This document shows, one piece after another, positions 1 through 8,569 of a stretch of DNA of 25,517 nucleotides. Below the pieces are notes generated by a model, which was given only the letters and a program-made list of their open reading frames with translations, was not told the origin of the DNA and did no database searches. Positions within the stretch are counted from its first letter, which is position 1; every line of letters begins with the position of its first letter. The DNA comes from Candidatus Eiseniibacteriota bacterium. Lineage in GTDB: Bacteria; ARS69. The DNA lies in the NCBI GenBank assembly GCA_052390515.1, contig JBQTGV010000201.1:1-25517 (forward strand), read 5' to 3'. The position numbers and the translations under genes are program-made.

Positions 1-1281
1 GCCGACTCCCGATCGCCCCATCAACTCCGGCAGGAAGAGGCTGAGCGAGGGACCGTAGGTGATGAGCAGGAGCGCCAGCGCGAGGATCGCCAGGAACGGC
101 AGGCAGGACCGGTACAGATCCCAGATCGATTTCTCGAACCGGAACGAGGATATGAACAGGTTGAGACCGAGCGGCGGAAGCGAGTACCCGATTTCCAGGT
201 TGGTCAGGAAGATGATCCCGAGGTGTGTCAGGTTCACTCCGTACCCCTCCGCGATCGGGACGATCAGCGGCAGCACCACGATGAGCGCCGAGAACACGTC
301 CAGCAGCGCACCGACGATCAGGAGGAAGATGTTCAGGGCGATCAGGAACGTCCACTTGGAGCTGAACGCGCCTTGCATCCACTCCAGGATCTGCATCGGC
401 ACGTCGGCATCGATGAGGTAGTTCGTGAGCCCGAAGGCGGCGGCGACGATCACCAGGATCCCGGCGACGAGCACCATGGACCCGCGGACGACGTGGGGCA
501 GGTCCCGGAGACGGAGGTCCCGGTAGACGACCATCTCCACGAAGAGGGCGTACAGCGCCGTCAGGGATCCGGCTTCCATCACCGTCACCCGGCCGGAGTA
601 GATGCCCCCCAGCACGACCAGGGGCAGTGGGACTTCCCAGGCGGCATGGCGAAGGGCGGTGCGCAGCTCCCCCCACCGGAACGGCGTGCGCCCCGCCGCC
701 GGCGCCAGCGGGCGCCGCGCCCCGTAGAGGGCGAGCAGCAAGATCAGGATCACCCCCGGGACGATCCCGGCGAGGAAGAGCGCGTCGATCGGTGTCCCGG
801 CGACGTACGCGTAGATGATGAGTGGCAGGCTCGGAGGGAACAGCAGCCCCAGCGACCCCGAGGTGGTGATGAGCCCCAGCGTGAACCGCTCCGGGTAGCC
901 GGAAGAGATGAGTGCCGGGTAGAGCAACCCCCCCACGGCAAGGATGGTCACGCCGCTCGCACCGGTGAACGCGGTGAACAGCGCGCAGGTGAGCAGCGCC
1001 ACCAGCGGCAGCCCGCCGGGGAGCCAACCCACCAGCGCGCGGGCCACGGCGAGCAGCCGCCGTGGAGCTCCGCTCTCCGCCAGGACCGCACCGGCGAACG
1101 TGAAGAGCGGCAGTGCCACCAGCAACGGCGACCCGGCGAGGCGCAGCATCTCGATCGCCACCGCGGAACCGGAGATCTCGATGGAGGCGAACAGCACGAG
1201 CGCCAGGAACGCGACGACCAGGAAGAGCGGCAGACCGAAGAGCGCGGCCAGGAGCCCGAGGACGACGAGGGGCGCGGTCAA
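1..1281 (-). CDS. dctM: TRAP transporter large permease (DctM); last few codons and stop lie beyond the window edge
   Basis: Not in the ORF track. TTG at 1281 overlaps the dctQ stop (TTGA). Translates MTAPLVVLGLLAALFGLPLFLV..., very hydrophobic, with DctM motifs FTAFTGASGVT, GSLGLLFPPSLPLI and EIGYSLPPLGLNLF, ending ...LLITYGPSLSLFLPELMGRSGVG at base 1. Confidence 0.92.
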   Translation of the reverse strand, partial: MTAPLVVLGLLAALFGLPLFLVVAFLALVLFASIEISGSAVAIEMLRLAGSPLLVALPLFTFAGAVLAESGAPRRLLAVARALVGWLPGGLPLVALLTCALFTAFTGASGVTILAVGGLLYPALISSGYPERFTLGLITTSGSLGLLFPPSLPLIIYAYVAGTPIDALFLAGIVPGVILILLLALYGARRPLAPAAGRTPFRWGELRTALRHAAWEVPLPLVVLGGIYSGRVTVMEAGSLTALYALFVEMVVYRDLRLRDLPHVVRGSMVLVAGILVIVAAAFGLTNYLIDADVPMQILEWMQGAFSSKWTFLIALNIFLLIVGALLDVFSALIVVLPLIVPIAEGYGVNLTHLGIIFLTNLEIGYSLPPLGLNLFISSFRFEKSIWDLYRSCLPFLAILALALLLITYGPSLSLFLPELMGRSGVG

Positions 1282-1949
1282 GGCTGAGTTCCCTGGTGTC
1301 CGGTCGGCGCGGGCAGCTCCAGCTCCACCTCCACCTCGGGCGCGCGCGGCGCCTCGCCCGCGATCTCCGCGAACAAGAGCCACGCGAAGCGGTAGGCCAG
1401 CACCAGGAAGGCGACGGGCAGCGCGGCGATGATCACCCACGCCGGCACGGAGAGGAACGCCACCTCGGGAAAGGCGACCTCGTCCGCGAGCAGGAGCAGG
1501 GAGGCGTGCGCGAGCATGAGGGCCACGATCCCGGCGAACGCGGCGACGGCCGCGCCGGCGATCCGCTGCGCCGTGCCTCGCAGCAGGCGGCCGAGCACGT
1601 TGATCTGGACGTGTCGCTTGCGCCCGGTGGCGGCGATCGCGCCGGTCAGCGCCAGGAGCAGCACGAGGTGCCGGAGCACGGGATCGATCCACAGCAGGCC
1701 GGAGTCGAGCAGATTGCGGAGCAGGATCTGCAGGCCGGACAGGAACACCATGGCGAGGAGGTTCGCGGCGAGCAGAGCGTCGATGAGCATCTCGAGCCGG
1801 TCACGGAGGAGAATGACCGGGGCCGAGCGGCGCACGGCGAAGAGGGCACCCGCCACCATGAGGCAGACCGCGCCGCAGACGGCCGCGAACGGTCCGAGCG
1901 GCGGGAGCCCTGCCAAGAAGCGCGCCAGCGTCTCGGCCAGGCCTGTCAC
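1278..1949 (-). CDS. dctQ: TRAP transporter small permease (DctQ)
   Basis: C-terminal part of ORF 1278..2933. GTG at 1949 overlaps the dctP stop. Contains LQILLRN, WIDPVLRHLVL and RHVQINVL, typical of DctQ, and lies between P and M. Confidence 0.85.
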   Translation of the reverse strand: MTGLAETLARFLAGLPPLGPFAAVCGAVCLMVAGALFAVRRSAPVILLRDRLEMLIDALLAANLLAMVFLSGLQILLRNLLDSGLLWIDPVLRHLVLLLALTGAIAATGRKRHVQINVLGRLLRGTAQRIAGAAVAAFAGIVALMLAHASLLLLADEVAFPEVAFLSVPAWVIIAALPVAFLVLAYRFAWLLFAEIAGEAPRAPEVEVELELPAPTGHQGTQP

Positions 1950-2992
1950 TATCGGCTCCCCGCCTCCCCGGCAGGCTCTGCGCGGCGGGCCGCCACCACG
2001 TGCTTCATCCGCGAGAGCAGTTCCGCGGAGTAGAGCTTGCCCACGTTCCGGTTCGCGGCCTTCTCGCCGATCTCGCGGAAGAGCACCAGCTCCGGCCCTG
2101 CGATCGGCACGATCTGGATCCCGGCGGCACGTATGTCGTCCAGCGCGCGGCGGTTCTCCTCCCGCGACGACTGCTTCAGCCGGGCGAAAACGTCCTTCGC
2201 GATCTCCCGGATCTTCGCCTGAGAGGCGGGAGTGATCCCGCTCCACGCCTTCTCGGTGACGATCACGGCGCCGATCGCGTGGGTGATGGGCAGCTCGCTC
2301 ATCGACTTCACCTGGGTGTGCCACTGCAGGACGACGGCGGCGTACGGCGAGCTGTACACGCCGTCGACGAGCCCGGTCTGCAGGCTCGTGTACACGTCGG
2401 TGATGGCCAGCGGAACCGGAGCCACGCCGGCCTCGGCGAAGAACGCTTCGGCGAGGGGATCCCCCTCCCACAGCCACATCTTCCTGGACCGCAGGTCGCC
2501 GAGGTTCCTCACCGGCGCGCGCGTGAACAGATGCACGAACCCGACTTCCGCCCACCCCAGGAGGACGTGCCCGCTCTCGCGCAGCGCGGCCTCCAGCTCC
2601 GTGCCGAGCTCGGCGTAGACCGCGTCGATCTCGGCCTCGCTCTGGAACGCGAACGGCACCTCCAGCACGCGCAGCGGCGGCGCCACGACGCCGAGCCCGT
2701 TGCCGGTGAACCCGCCGCCGTGCAGCTGGCCGCTGCGCATCTTCTTGAGGACGAGCCGCTCGTCGCCCTGCACGCCACCCGGGTAGAACTTGAAGCCCGC
2801 CTCCCCGGCGGTGGCCTCGCGCACGCGGGTGTCGAGCTCGTGCATGAGGGTCATCCAGGTGGAACCCTCCGGAGCGAGCGTGGCGATCTTGATCTGCACG
2901 CGCGCGGCCGCGGGGGCCGCGTGAGCGACGCACGGACTCAGCGCGAACAGCAAACCGGCGAACACGAGAAGTCGATTCACGGCGGGCCTCAC
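1949..2992 (-). CDS. dctP: TRAP substrate-binding protein DctP, TatP(T) type (start GTG 2992 or 2980)
   Basis: Signal peptide, then IKIATLAPEGSTW, YPGGVQGDE, VLLGWAEVG and VYTSLQTGLVDG motifs of DctP. Confidence 0.92.
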   Translation of the reverse strand: MRPAVNRLLVFAGLLFALSPCVAHAAPAAARVQIKIATLAPEGSTWMTLMHELDTRVREATAGEAGFKFYPGGVQGDERLVLKKMRSGQLHGGGFTGNGLGVVAPPLRVLEVPFAFQSEAEIDAVYAELGTELEAALRESGHVLLGWAEVGFVHLFTRAPVRNLGDLRSRKMWLWEGDPLAEAFFAEAGVAPVPLAITDVYTSLQTGLVDGVYSSPYAAVVLQWHTQVKSMSELPITHAIGAVIVTEKAWSGITPASQAKIREIAKDVFARLKQSSREENRRALDDIRAAGIQIVPIAGPELVLFREIGEKAANRNVGKLYSAELLSRMKHVVAARRAEPAGEAGSR

Positions 2993-3879
2993 TCGAAGAG
3001 TTCCTCGCTCCGCGCGAGCAAGGTCTCGGCCTTCACGCGGGCGATGCGGTTCAGCAGCTCGGCCTCGGGCAGGGCGCCCGGCTTCGCCGCGAGCACTTCA
3101 CGGAGGGATGACTCGAACGCGGCGGCGTCGAACGTCTGAACGCACCACGATTTTGCGAAGAACACGAGACCGAGCAGCAGGTTCCTTCCGGACACGGCGA
3201 AGGCTCGCTCGAACTCCTCGCGGGAGCGATCCGGGTTCCCTCCTAGCATGATGGGCCGGCTGGCGTGCATCGTGCCGATCAGGATCCGGGGCATGCCCCA
3301 GAACAAGCGCTCGTCGAGCTCCGCGACGCGCTCGGCGAGCGGCATCAGCCGGGCGACGTCGGCCACCGCCCCCGGATCGCCGAGGCTCAGCTGGATCCAC
3401 ATGCCCCAGTTCGCCGCGACCCACAGCAGGGACTCGGCGTCCTTCGGACGGACCTCCCGCAGCACCACGGCGAGCTCGTCGAAGGTCCCCTCGCGGATGG
3501 CGCGCTCGGCTTCCGGCCGGCCGAACGCACGCCACGCGACCTCCCGCCCCCGGTCGTACAGCGCCAGCGCACGTCCCGGGTCTTCGTCCTCGACGTACCC
3601 GAACGCGTACGCGAAGTACATCATGGAGGCCAGCACGGCGACGTCGCGCTGGCGGGGGTGAGTCTCGAGCATGCCTTCGAGCAGCAGGATGCTGGTCGGC
3701 AGGGCGTCCCCGACGAGCCGGGGGTCCTCGGAGCGGAGCGCGGCTTCGGTCGTGTTCTCGAGTACCGGCACCATGAGGTCGACGGTGAGGCGCGACGTGC
3801 TGCATCCTCCGAGAAGCACGAGGACGGGGACGGCGAAGGGGGCGAGGAGCGCGGTGGACGGAAGCTTCCCGAGGCTCAT
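2989..3879 (-). CDS. tatT: TRAP transporter TatT component (TPR-like lipoprotein)
   Basis: ATG 3879 after a GAGGGGGG SD; lipobox LGGC. Helical protein with ED-x-LVGDALP, YAFGYVED, LGGNPDRSREEFERA and a C-terminal LF-E, directly upstream of dctP. Confidence 0.85.
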   Translation of the reverse strand: MSLGKLPSTALLAPFAVPVLVLLGGCSTSRLTVDLMVPVLENTTEAALRSEDPRLVGDALPTSILLLEGMLETHPRQRDVAVLASMMYFAYAFGYVEDEDPGRALALYDRGREVAWRAFGRPEAERAIREGTFDELAVVLREVRPKDAESLLWVAANWGMWIQLSLGDPGAVADVARLMPLAERVAELDERLFWGMPRILIGTMHASRPIMLGGNPDRSREEFERAFAVSGRNLLLGLVFFAKSWCVQTFDAAAFESSLREVLAAKPGALPEAELLNRIARVKAETLLARSEELFE

Positions 3880-4039
3880 CGACCCCCCTCCCCCACGAAC
3901 GGCGCGCTCCGGGGGCGAAGGAACCATGGCAGCCGGGCACCGGCAAGCGGGTTTTTACCACTCGGACGAAACAACGGCGGCGCCTGCCGCGTCTCAGCCG
4001 TTGAAAGCTCTTCTTCCGGCGACTGGATCCGGGGGGCCG

Positions 4040-5977
4040 ATGCAGCGATTCACGATTCCGGCGGTGTTCTCGATCGTCCTGGCCGCGGCGCCGGTTGCGG
4101 CGCTCGAACATCCCACGTGGAAGGAGTTCTCCCGTGAGGAGCTCTTCTCCACGCACTTCCCCGAGGCGACGGGCGCCGACGCGGTGATCCTGTTCGACGC
4201 GTGCGAAGTGAAGGTGGACCCCAAGCTCCACCTCCGCATCGGACGGCACCGCCGGACGAAGATCTTCACGCCCGCCGGAGCCAGCCGGGGCGAAGTGCGC
4301 ATCCGCTTCGGGGACGACGACAAGATCCTGGACCTCGAGGGTCACACCGTGGTGCCGCCCGCGCGCTTCGTGAAGCTCGAGAAGAAGCACTCCCGCGAGG
4401 AAGCGCATCCGGACGGCGGTCGCGTGCTGATCGTCTCCTTCCCCGAGGTCGCGCCGGGAACGATCCTCGAGTACTCGTACACCCACTGGACGAAGCAGCT
4501 CGCGCGGATCGAGCCCTGGGAGTTCCAGAACGACGACTTCACGCGGGTGAGCACGCTCGATCTGCAGATTCCCCGCGGCATGGAGTACGAGTCGGAGTTC
4601 GGCTGGCTGGCGGGGCCGACGCCCGCGCCGGAGCGCAAGACGGTCATCGATGCAGACCACCCCGACCGCGAGCTCGAGCAGAGCCGGTGGACGTTCACCC
4701 AGATCCAGCCGTTCCGGCCCGAGCCGTGGCTCTCCAATACCGTGGACTACCGCACCACGCTGCACCTGCAGCTCGTGGCCAGCGACCAGGGCGGGAAGCG
4801 CGTCGAGATCGCGCCGTCGTGGGGCTCCCTGTCCGCTTCCGTAGCGGCCGGCTGGGCCGCGGCGCTCGCCGACGACGGCGGCGTCGCGAAGTGGGCGCAG
4901 ACGGCCGGAGGCGCGACGCCCGCCGAGCGCGCCGAGTCGCTCTTCCGCAAGGTCCGCGACGAGATCGCCGACTCGCCGGCGTCCTCGCCCTTCGCCCTGC
5001 CGCCGCTCCGGTCGGTGGTGGAGTCGCGGAAGGCGTCACCCTCGGCGAAGAACCTCCTGCTCGTGCACGTGCTGCGTGGAGCCGGCCTCGCCGCCGATCC
5101 GGTGCTGGTGCGGCCGCGCTCGCGGGGAGAGCTGCACGCGAAGTGGCGCATCCTCGATCAGCTGGAGTACGTCGTGGCCCGCGTGGATCTCGGCGGACGC
5201 ATCGTGTACGCCGACGCGCGCAGCAGCCGGTGCCCCTTCGGTATGTTGCCACCGGATCTGCTCGTCACCTCGGGCCTGCTCGTCGCCGCCAGCGGCGGCT
5301 CCCTCGTCGACCTCGGCATGGCCGCGCCGCCGTCCTCGGTCGAGGCGAAGACCGTGGCGCGGCTCGACTCCTCGGGCACGCTCTCCGGGTCGACGCAGTG
5401 GACCTTTGCCGGGTACGAAGCGCTGGAAGCGCGCCGTGAGATCCTCGGCGGGAGCGCCGCCGACTACGTAACACGGCTCCTGCGGCGGAACCTCGGCGAG
5501 GCCGGGGTCGACTCCGTGCAGGTCGAGGGGCTGGACGCTGAGGGAGCACCGCTCGTTCTTCACGCCGCGTTCCAGGCCGTCGACTGGGCGAGCAGCGGAA
5601 TGGACCGGATCGAGTGCCGCGTGCCGTTCGTGCTGGCGCGCCAGGAACCTATCCTCGCCGAAGGGACGCGCGCCTTCCCGATCGAGCTCCCCTTCCCGAC
5701 GAGCCACGACGAGACCGTGCGTCTCGATCTGCCGGAGACCTTCCGGGTCGCGCAGGCCCCGCCCGGAGGCCGGGCCAGCAACGAGGATCTCTCCTACTCG
5801 CTGAGCGTAGAAGCGTCCGAGCAGTCCGTCTCCGCGCGGCGCCGCTTCGTGGTCCGCGAGCCTGAGATCCAGCCGGCGCGGTCCGCCGGCGTGCGCGAGA
5901 TCGACGAGAAGGCTCTCTCCTGCGATTCGGCAAAGCTCGTGGGGAGCCGGCGCGCGTTCGGCAGCGCCACGCGCTAG
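4040..5977 (+). CDS. Secreted DUF3857 / transglutaminase-like domain protein
   Basis: ATG 4040 gives a signal peptide (MQRFTIPAVFSIVLAAAPVAA). ADAVILFD, FPEVAPGTILEYSY and WEFQ fit DUF3857; KNLLLVHVLRGAGL...PVLV fits the TGase-like core; RAFPIELPFP fits the C-terminal domain. Confidence 0.8.
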   Translation: MQRFTIPAVFSIVLAAAPVAALEHPTWKEFSREELFSTHFPEATGADAVILFDACEVKVDPKLHLRIGRHRRTKIFTPAGASRGEVRIRFGDDDKILDLEGHTVVPPARFVKLEKKHSREEAHPDGGRVLIVSFPEVAPGTILEYSYTHWTKQLARIEPWEFQNDDFTRVSTLDLQIPRGMEYESEFGWLAGPTPAPERKTVIDADHPDRELEQSRWTFTQIQPFRPEPWLSNTVDYRTTLHLQLVASDQGGKRVEIAPSWGSLSASVAAGWAAALADDGGVAKWAQTAGGATPAERAESLFRKVRDEIADSPASSPFALPPLRSVVESRKASPSAKNLLLVHVLRGAGLAADPVLVRPRSRGELHAKWRILDQLEYVVARVDLGGRIVYADARSSRCPFGMLPPDLLVTSGLLVAASGGSLVDLGMAAPPSSVEAKTVARLDSSGTLSGSTQWTFAGYEALEARREILGGSAADYVTRLLRRNLGEAGVDSVQVEGLDAEGAPLVLHAAFQAVDWASSGMDRIECRVPFVLARQEPILAEGTRAFPIELPFPTSHDETVRLDLPETFRVAQAPPGGRASNEDLSYSLSVEASEQSVSARRRFVVREPEIQPARSAGVREIDEKALSCDSAKLVGSRRAFGSATR

Positions 5978-6169
5978 GGTTCCGTCTCGGAAGAAATGCT
6001 CAGATGGCCGAGCGTCGTAGCCGCCGTGCCGGAGCCACGGACGGCGGAGGAAACACGCCTTCGCCAGCGGAAGGTCCGGATCGTATAAAGGCTCCCACGA
6101 AGCGAGTGAGGCACGGATGCCGAGCGAGCGTAGCGAAGCGATCTGACTTCTTTCGAGACGAAACACTGG
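5974..6169. mobile_element. Putative MITE-like non-autonomous element with imperfect terminal inverted repeats
   Basis: 5976-5995 AGGGTTCCGTCTCGGAAGAA matches the reverse complement of 6148-6167 (AGTGTTTCGTCTCGAAAGAA) at 17/20. The IR extends inward with TCAGAT (6000-6005) / ATCTGA (6141-6146). Bounded by CTAG and CTGG. Confidence 0.6.
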
Positions 6170-6184
6170 CCGGTGGTCTCGGGG

Positions 6185-7108
6185 TCACCCCGGAACGAAC
6201 ACCTCGATCGCCGCGGGCACGGAGCGGATGACGAGCGGGCTCTCTCCGGCCGTGCACACCTCGCCGTCCACCTCGTAGCGGATCGGCGCGTCGAAGCCCA
6301 CGCGGAACGCGTCCCCCGTCAGGATCTCCACCTCGCGCTGCCCTTCGTGCCGGCCCCGCGCCACGAGATCGAAGAGCCGCGCGCGCCGCAGCGGTCCGGC
6401 GTCGGCGATGGAGACGAGATCGAGCCGCCCGTCGGCGAGCTCCGCGCGCGGAGCGATCCGGAAGGACCCGCCGAAGATCCCGCCGTTGGCGACGACCAGC
6501 ATCAGGTGTGCGGCTCGGCGCGCCGGCCCGGAGCCCTCGGCGATCTCCAGCATGGTCCCGGGGAAGCGGAACAGCTGCCGAAGCGCGCAGAAACGGTAGA
6601 GGAGGTCGCCGCGCAGGAGCGGCGTGCGGGCGGCGTCGTCGATCACGGCGATGTCGAAGCCGAAGCCGACGATGTTCAGGAAGTACCGGTCCGCGACCAA
6701 GCCGGCGTCGATCCGACGCGTTCGGCCGGCCGCGATCGCCCGCACGACTTCCGCCGACCGCTCGAAGGTGACGCCCAGGCTCTTGCCGAAGTCGTTGCCG
6801 GTCCCGGACGCGAGCAGACCGAGCGCCACGTCCCGCCTGGGGCCCCGGAGAATCCGGTCCGCCGCCCGGCTCCACGTGCCGTCGCCGCCCACCGCGACGA
6901 TCGCGTCGTGCCCGTCGCGGAGCGCGCCGTCGATCAGCGCGTCCTCCTCACCGGGGCGGCTGGTCACCGCCTCACGATAGGCCGGGAACTCCCGCCGGAG
7001 CAGCTCCCGGAAGTGCGGGATGCGGTCCGCCCGCCGCCCACGCCCGGCGGCGGGATTGACCAGAACGAACACGGACCTGGGCGGTGTCACTCCTGACGCC
7101 CCGCGCAC
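6185..7108 (-). CDS. YegS/DgkB/BmrU-family diacylglycerol (lipid) kinase (start GTG 7108 or 7090)
   Basis: Intact motifs NPAAG, GGDGT, GTGNDF, FLNIVGFGFD, ANGGIFGG and DGE. Confidence 0.92.
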   Translation of the reverse strand: MRGASGVTPPRSVFVLVNPAAGRGRRADRIPHFRELLRREFPAYREAVTSRPGEEDALIDGALRDGHDAIVAVGGDGTWSRAADRILRGPRRDVALGLLASGTGNDFGKSLGVTFERSAEVVRAIAAGRTRRIDAGLVADRYFLNIVGFGFDIAVIDDAARTPLLRGDLLYRFCALRQLFRFPGTMLEIAEGSGPARRAAHLMLVVANGGIFGGSFRIAPRAELADGRLDLVSIADAGPLRRARLFDLVARGRHEGQREVEILTGDAFRVGFDAPIRYEVDGEVCTAGESPLVIRSVPAAIEVFVPG

Positions 7109-7115
7109 CGCCGCG

Positions 7116-7787
7116 TCACGCCGTGGCCAGCGTCTCGAGTTCCTCGAACACCTGCACGCCGTCCCTCATCCACAGCTCCCGGAACGGACGATCCGCGATC
7201 TCGTCGGCGTCGAGACCGCTCCCCATGGGGTGGTCGTGGAGGACCAGGGAACCCTGCTCCTCCTCGTGCTCGCTGAATCGGCCGCGCATGTGGATGTCGA
7301 CTTTGAGGCCGGCGTCGCCGTCCACCATGAAGGACTGGTAGAGGTGATCGACCTCGCTCCAGCGATGCTCCCGGACGGCGAGGTCCAGCACGCGGCTCCG
7401 CCCCTCCCGCACCCGGCACTCGATCCCGTCCGGCGCCTGCTCGAAGTCGATCTGCACGTCCGCCATGTGGTGCGGCAGATGCCACCTCTCGATGGCATGC
7501 TCGCGCGACTCCCGGGTGCTCGTGCCCAGCACGAAGGGAAAGAAGGCGGACCGCGGGAAGGCCTCCCCCCGCTTCGCCAGCGGGGGAACGATGACCGCGA
7601 GAACGATCTCCTGGTACGCTCCGACCATGCTGTCGGTGAAGTCGAACGCGGTCACCGCCAGGACGCCGGAGCCGTGATGGACCTCCAGTGGTTGCAAGTG
7701 GGCAGGGAGAAGCGCGCGCGCCGTGCCCGTGGGCATCTCGAAGAACGCGCTCACCGCGTGCCGGAATCGGTAATGCGTGAGTGGCAT
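7116..7787 (-). CDS. Acetoacetate decarboxylase-fold family protein
   Basis: ARALLPAHLQP, FDFTDSMVGAYQEIVLAV and AIERWHLP match the ADC superfamily pattern. Confidence 0.75.
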   Translation of the reverse strand: MPLTHYRFRHAVSAFFEMPTGTARALLPAHLQPLEVHHGSGVLAVTAFDFTDSMVGAYQEIVLAVIVPPLAKRGEAFPRSAFFPFVLGTSTRESREHAIERWHLPHHMADVQIDFEQAPDGIECRVREGRSRVLDLAVREHRWSEVDHLYQSFMVDGDAGLKVDIHMRGRFSEHEEEQGSLVLHDHPMGSGLDADEIADRPFRELWMRDGVQVFEELETLATA

Positions 7788-7816
7788 GGGCCTCCGCCTC
7801 GCGTGAAGTGGATCGG

Positions 7817-8569
7817 ATGCTGAGGGGTGCCGCGACGCTCCTCGTCGCCGGCCTCTGGTTCCTCGGCGCCGACGTGATCGAGCGGTTCCTCGTGGCTCCC
7901 TTCGTCAGGCTCCGTCCCGCGTCGCGGTGGAAGGTGCTCCACCGCTGGGCGGGGTTCGTCGCCGGCGGAACGCTGGGGATCCTCCGGCGGCTCGGCGGGG
8001 CCCGCTTCGATCTCCCCGCGCGGATCCCCGCCCGCTCCGGCGTCCTCGTCCTGATGAACCACCAATCCTTAATGGACATTCCCGTAGCGTTCAAGTGCCT
8101 GGAAGGCGACACCCCCCTCCTGGTGACGAGGCGCCGCTACGCCCGAGGCATCCCCCTGGTGTCCCACATGCTCCGCCTCTACGAGCATCCCCTGGTGGAT
8201 CCGGGCCGGACGACCCGGGAGGACCTCCAGCACCTCGGCAGGGCGGCGAGGGAGAGCCCCGCCCCGATCGTCGTCTTTCCCGAGGGGCATCGCACCCGCG
8301 ACGGGGAGATCCGCCCCTTCAAGAAGGCCGGGGTCGGCGCTATCCTCACCGCCCGCCGCTGGTCGGTCTACCTCCTCGTGGTGGACGGACTGTGGCGCTG
8401 CGCGAGGATCTCCGAGTTCGTGCGGACGATCAGCTCGGTGCGGGCGCGTGCCGAGTGGATCGGTCCGGTCGAGTTTCACGGGCCGGAGAACGACCCCGAT
8501 GCGTTCCTCGACGAGATGAGGACCCGGATGCGAAACCGGCTGGCCGAGATCCGTGACCGTCCTCGCTGA
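7817..8569 (+). CDS. plsC: 1-acyl-sn-glycerol-3-phosphate acyltransferase (PlsC / LPLAT family)
   Basis: NHQSLMD (NHx4D) and VFPEGHRTRDG motifs, plus an N-terminal hydrophobic helix. ATG 7817 is the most plausible start. Confidence 0.88.
   Translation: MLRGAATLLVAGLWFLGADVIERFLVAPFVRLRPASRWKVLHRWAGFVAGGTLGILRRLGGARFDLPARIPARSGVLVLMNHQSLMDIPVAFKCLEGDTPLLVTRRRYARGIPLVSHMLRLYEHPLVDPGRTTREDLQHLGRAARESPAPIVVFPEGHRTRDGEIRPFKKAGVGAILTARRWSVYLLVVDGLWRCARISEFVRTISSVRARAEWIGPVEFHGPENDPDAFLDEMRTRMRNRLAEIRDRPR

Noticed and set aside
223-1287. 354-aa plus-strand ORF
   Set aside because: Antisense mirror of dctM, which the ORF track missed because its stop is outside the window.
6004-6231. 75-aa ORF inside the intergenic element
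   Set aside because: Lies within the inverted-repeat element, overlaps the kinase 3' end, and shows no protein-like features.
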